59,660 nucleotides of DNA. Source: Candidatus Pacebacteria bacterium CG_4_10_14_0_8_um_filter_42_14 (lineage in GTDB: Bacteria > Patescibacteriota > Microgenomatia > UBA1400 > PJMF01). A program made the position numbers and the translations under genes. Below, piece after piece: positions 57,286-59,660 of the stretch (position 1 is the first letter of the stretch; each line of letters opens with the position of its first letter). The stretch is from NCBI GenBank assembly GCA_002784625.1, contig PFLP01000027.1:1-59660 (forward strand), in the 5' to 3' direction. Under the pieces are notes generated by a model. It had not been told where the DNA came from and ran no database searches. It worked only from the letters and a program-made list of their open reading frames with translations.

Positions 57286-58260
57286 CTACTCAAGATTTTC
57301 AACTTCTACTTTTGGTTTTTTCTTGGTTTCTTTCTCTGGTTTCTTTTTATCTTCCTTTTTTGGTTTTTCTTCAACAGCATCCTTCTTCTCAGGTTCAGTC
57401 TTTTTCTTGAACTTCCCAAAAAACTTGCTAATAGAAAACGCCGGTTTTATTGGTTTCTCTTCTTTCTTTTCCTTTTGATCTTTTTTTTCTTCTTTTTTCT
57501 CGATCTTCTTCTCGACAGGTTTTTCTGCTTTCTTCTTTGGAGCTGGTTTCTCAGGTTTCACATCCTCTTTCTTTTTCTCGATAGTTTTTGGTTGTTTGGG
57601 GTTAGTGTCTTTTATGAGTGAACCAGAATCGAGAATTAAAGTGCGAAATTCTTTTTCTTCTAGTAGATCTTGATCATGGGTTGCAAAAAGAATGGTGGTA
57701 CCAAGCTCATTGATTTTTTTTAATAGCTTAACAATTCCGGTTGAGTTCTTTGCATCAAGGTTCCCTGTTGGTTCATCAGCAAAAATAACCTCTGGACCGG
57801 TTGCTAGAGCTCTGGCAATACCAACTCTTTGGGCCTCACCACCAGAAAGCTGACTAGGGAATAGGTAAGCTTTTTCAGGTAGGCCAATTAGTTTGAGCAG
57901 ATCAGTAACTCGGCGCTCGATTTCCGCTTCATCTTGACCGATGATCTGTAGAGGCAGGGCAATGTTTTCCCAGACGTTTAGTTCTGGCAAAAGTTTGTAG
58001 TCTTGGAAAACGACACCGATACGTCTTCTGAGCATAGGAACGGAGTTCTTGTTCAGGGTGTTAACAATTGTGTCAAAAAAGGTGATCTCACCCGCCGTAA
58101 TGGCATATTCTCTAATCAGCAAGCGCATAAGAGTTGTCTTGCCGCTGCCCGAGGGACCGGTGATGAAAACAAACTCTCCTGGCTCAATTAGGAAAGAAAC
58201 ACTTTTTATGCCAAAATCATCTGGGGCGAACTCTTTCGAGACACCGTTAAATCGAATCAT
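57286..58260 (-). CDS. ftsE: Cell division ATP-binding protein FtsE with long K/E-rich tail
   Basis: GPSGSGKTT, LRRRIGVVFQDYKLL, LSGGEAQR, ADEPTGNLD, ATHD. Confidence 0.95.
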   Translation of the reverse strand: MIRFNGVSKEFAPDDFGIKSVSFLIEPGEFVFITGPSGSGKTTLMRLLIREYAITAGEITFFDTIVNTLNKNSVPMLRRRIGVVFQDYKLLPELNVWENIALPLQIIGQDEAEIERRVTDLLKLIGLPEKAYLFPSQLSGGEAQRVGIARALATGPEVIFADEPTGNLDAKNSTGIVKLLKKINELGTTILFATHDQDLLEEKEFRTLILDSGSLIKDTNPKQPKTIEKKKEDVKPEKPAPKKKAEKPVEKKIEKKEEKKDQKEKKEEKPIKPAFSISKFFGKFKKKTEPEKKDAVEEKPKKEDKKKPEKETKKKPKVEVENLE

Positions 58261-58297
58261 ATCTGTTCCCTAGTGTAGAGAAGAAGGGGTGGGTTGT

Positions 58298-58873
58298 CTA
58301 CTCTTCAACCGGCGCTTTGGCGTCGACTTTGACAACCTCGACTCGACCGACATCCATCAGCCAACCAGCTCTTTGTGCTTTAAAGGTTTCTCCCCAAATT
58401 TTGACTTCCATACCAGCAAGCTTATCGAGGTCAGTTACAGATGAGGTCAGATAAACTGTCTGGGATGCTCCACCTGGGCGCAGGAGTTTATGAGAGCCTT
58501 CACCGTTGATTCCACCTTTTTCGAGGTAGCCTTGGGCGTCGTCTTTAAAGGCTTCAATGTCAGCGCTTCCGAAGACTTCACCAGCAAAGACTTGATCACC
58601 AGCGATTTGGGAAATTTGTTGGCCTCCTGGAAGAGTATCAGTAGAACCAGAACTGGCAGTGAGCCTGTGCGTGCCGTAGCCAGTAGTAATTCCAGCTACA
58701 ACAGCAAAGATGCTAAGGCCAATTATCATTTTTTGATTTGCTTTTTTCACAGATTTTTCCTGAACTGGTAACGGTCGCTGATTATCTGCGCCAGCTACTG
58801 TCTCGTCAACTATCGGTTGGGTCGATTCTGGAGACTCAATATTTGAATTGTTGATGAGATCAAGTTTATGCAT
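58298..58873 (-). CDS. Hypothetical single-TM protein with a small beta-rich C-terminal domain
   Basis: One TM; conserved-looking GEGSHKLLRPGGASQTVYLTSSVTDL..VKIWGETF..GWLMDVGRV; TGcTATACT upstream. Confidence 0.75.
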   Translation of the reverse strand: MHKLDLINNSNIESPESTQPIVDETVAGADNQRPLPVQEKSVKKANQKMIIGLSIFAVVAGITTGYGTHRLTASSGSTDTLPGGQQISQIAGDQVFAGEVFGSADIEAFKDDAQGYLEKGGINGEGSHKLLRPGGASQTVYLTSSVTDLDKLAGMEVKIWGETFKAQRAGWLMDVGRVEVVKVDAKAPVEE

Positions 58874-58930
58874 AAATTTTTTCGCTCTAGAATACTCAAG
58901 ATCAGTATAGCAGAAGCGATTGAAGTCAGA

Positions 58931-59660
58931 CTAGAGGCTCAATCCAGCCTCGATGAAAGAGTCGATGTCGCCATCTAGAACTGCGACCGTATCTGTTTCT
59001 ACTACTTTAGTGCGGACGTCCTTGACTTGCTTGTAGGGGTGAAGGACATAGTTCCTAATTTGACTGCCAAAGCTGGCATTAGTGTGTTTGCCTTTTTCTT
59101 TGGCAAGATTCGTTTCGCGACGCTGCTCCTCAAGAAATGCTAACTCTGCTTTTAGTTTCTGAACTGCGCGCTCTTTGTTCTGGACTTGAGATCTTTCTTC
59201 TCGGCAGCGAACGACAATTCCAGATGGCTTATGAGTTAATTCAACTGCGGTGTTGACCTTGTTAACATTTTGACCACCGGCTCCGCCGGCGCGAGAGAAC
59301 TGCCAGACTAGGTCATTATCATCGAGAATAATATCATTGCTTTCTTGTGGCACCGCTGGCAAGACGCCAACTAGGGCGAATGAAGTTTGTCTCAGGCTAT
59401 TAGCGTTGAAGGGACTTAATCTAACCAGACGATGCGTGCCGCGCTCTCGTCTGAGGTAACCGTAGGCAAATGGGGCTTTGACATGAAATTCTACAGCCTT
59501 GATGCCTGCCTCTTCGCCGCGAGACTCGGAGATCAGCTCGAACTTCCAACCCTTCCTTTCGAAGTATCGCGTGTACATTCTCTTAAGCATTTCTGTCCAG
59601 TCCATAGCTTCGGTTCCACCTTGGCCAGAATGAATAGAAACTAGCGCCTCAAAGGCGTCG
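58931..59660 (-). CDS. prfB: Peptide chain release factor 2 (5-prime part outside the window)
   Basis: Frame open to the window edge (..[14 protein letters not shown]); RF2-specific SPF tripeptide, [14 protein letters not shown]. Confidence 0.96.
   Translation of the reverse strand, partial: DAFEALVSIHSGQGGTEAMDWTEMLKRMYTRYFERKGWKFELISESRGEEAGIKAVEFHVKAPFAYGYLRRERGTHRLVRLSPFNANSLRQTSFALVGVLPAVPQESNDIILDDNDLVWQFSRAGGAGGQNVNKVNTAVELTHKPSGIVVRCREERSQVQNKERAVQKLKAELAFLEEQRRETNLAKEKGKHTNASFGSQIRNYVLHPYKQVKDVRTKVVETDTVAVLDGDIDSFIEAGLSL

Noticed and set aside
57286..57610. Repeat array or CRISPR in purine/pyrimidine-skewed stretches (also the r-protein tails)
   Set aside because: Explained by Lys/Glu/Pro codons; no fixed-length repeat-spacer periodicity seen in the window
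58931..59660. prfB programmed +1 frameshift
   Set aside because: The site would lie near the 5-prime end, outside the window; it cannot be assessed

Overview
Core-genome window of a Patescibacteria (CPR) bacterium, most like Microgenomates. The assignment is inferred from the missing rpmD/uL30, a short AlaRS, cohesin/dockerin and lamin-tail surface proteins, a sortase and a baseplate-J-like membrane protein. TGA is used as a stop (code 11). The centre (20.8-48.9 kb) is an uninterrupted 38-gene rpoBC-str-S10-spc-alpha-rplM-rpsI cluster. The left arm holds a cohesin/dockerin pair, mscL, zwf, a small AT-rich islet (KilA/DinD-like protein plus GNAT), an S41-like protein, a COG0523 GTPase, prmC and an alaS...ruvX...mltG cluster. 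The right arm holds an ABC-2 exporter with four permeases, HU, vanZ, a lamin-tail protein, an M23 peptidase-ftsX-ftsE set and a partial prfB. No rRNA, tRNA, CRISPR array, integrase or transposase was seen. Most unusual signals: a structured rpoB leader (four-way junction, terminator-like stem, possible pseudoknot); a circularly permuted M23 peptidase downstream of ftsEX; an S41 protein with a J-domain-like insert in place of PDZ; an actin-like/TM/baseplate-J fusion coupled to a sortase; a two-cohesin-plus-dockerin protein next to a membrane cohesin; and repeated leaderless promoters, one of which supports an unannotated 37-aa membrane protein. All family calls come from motif recognition by eye; no searches were run.
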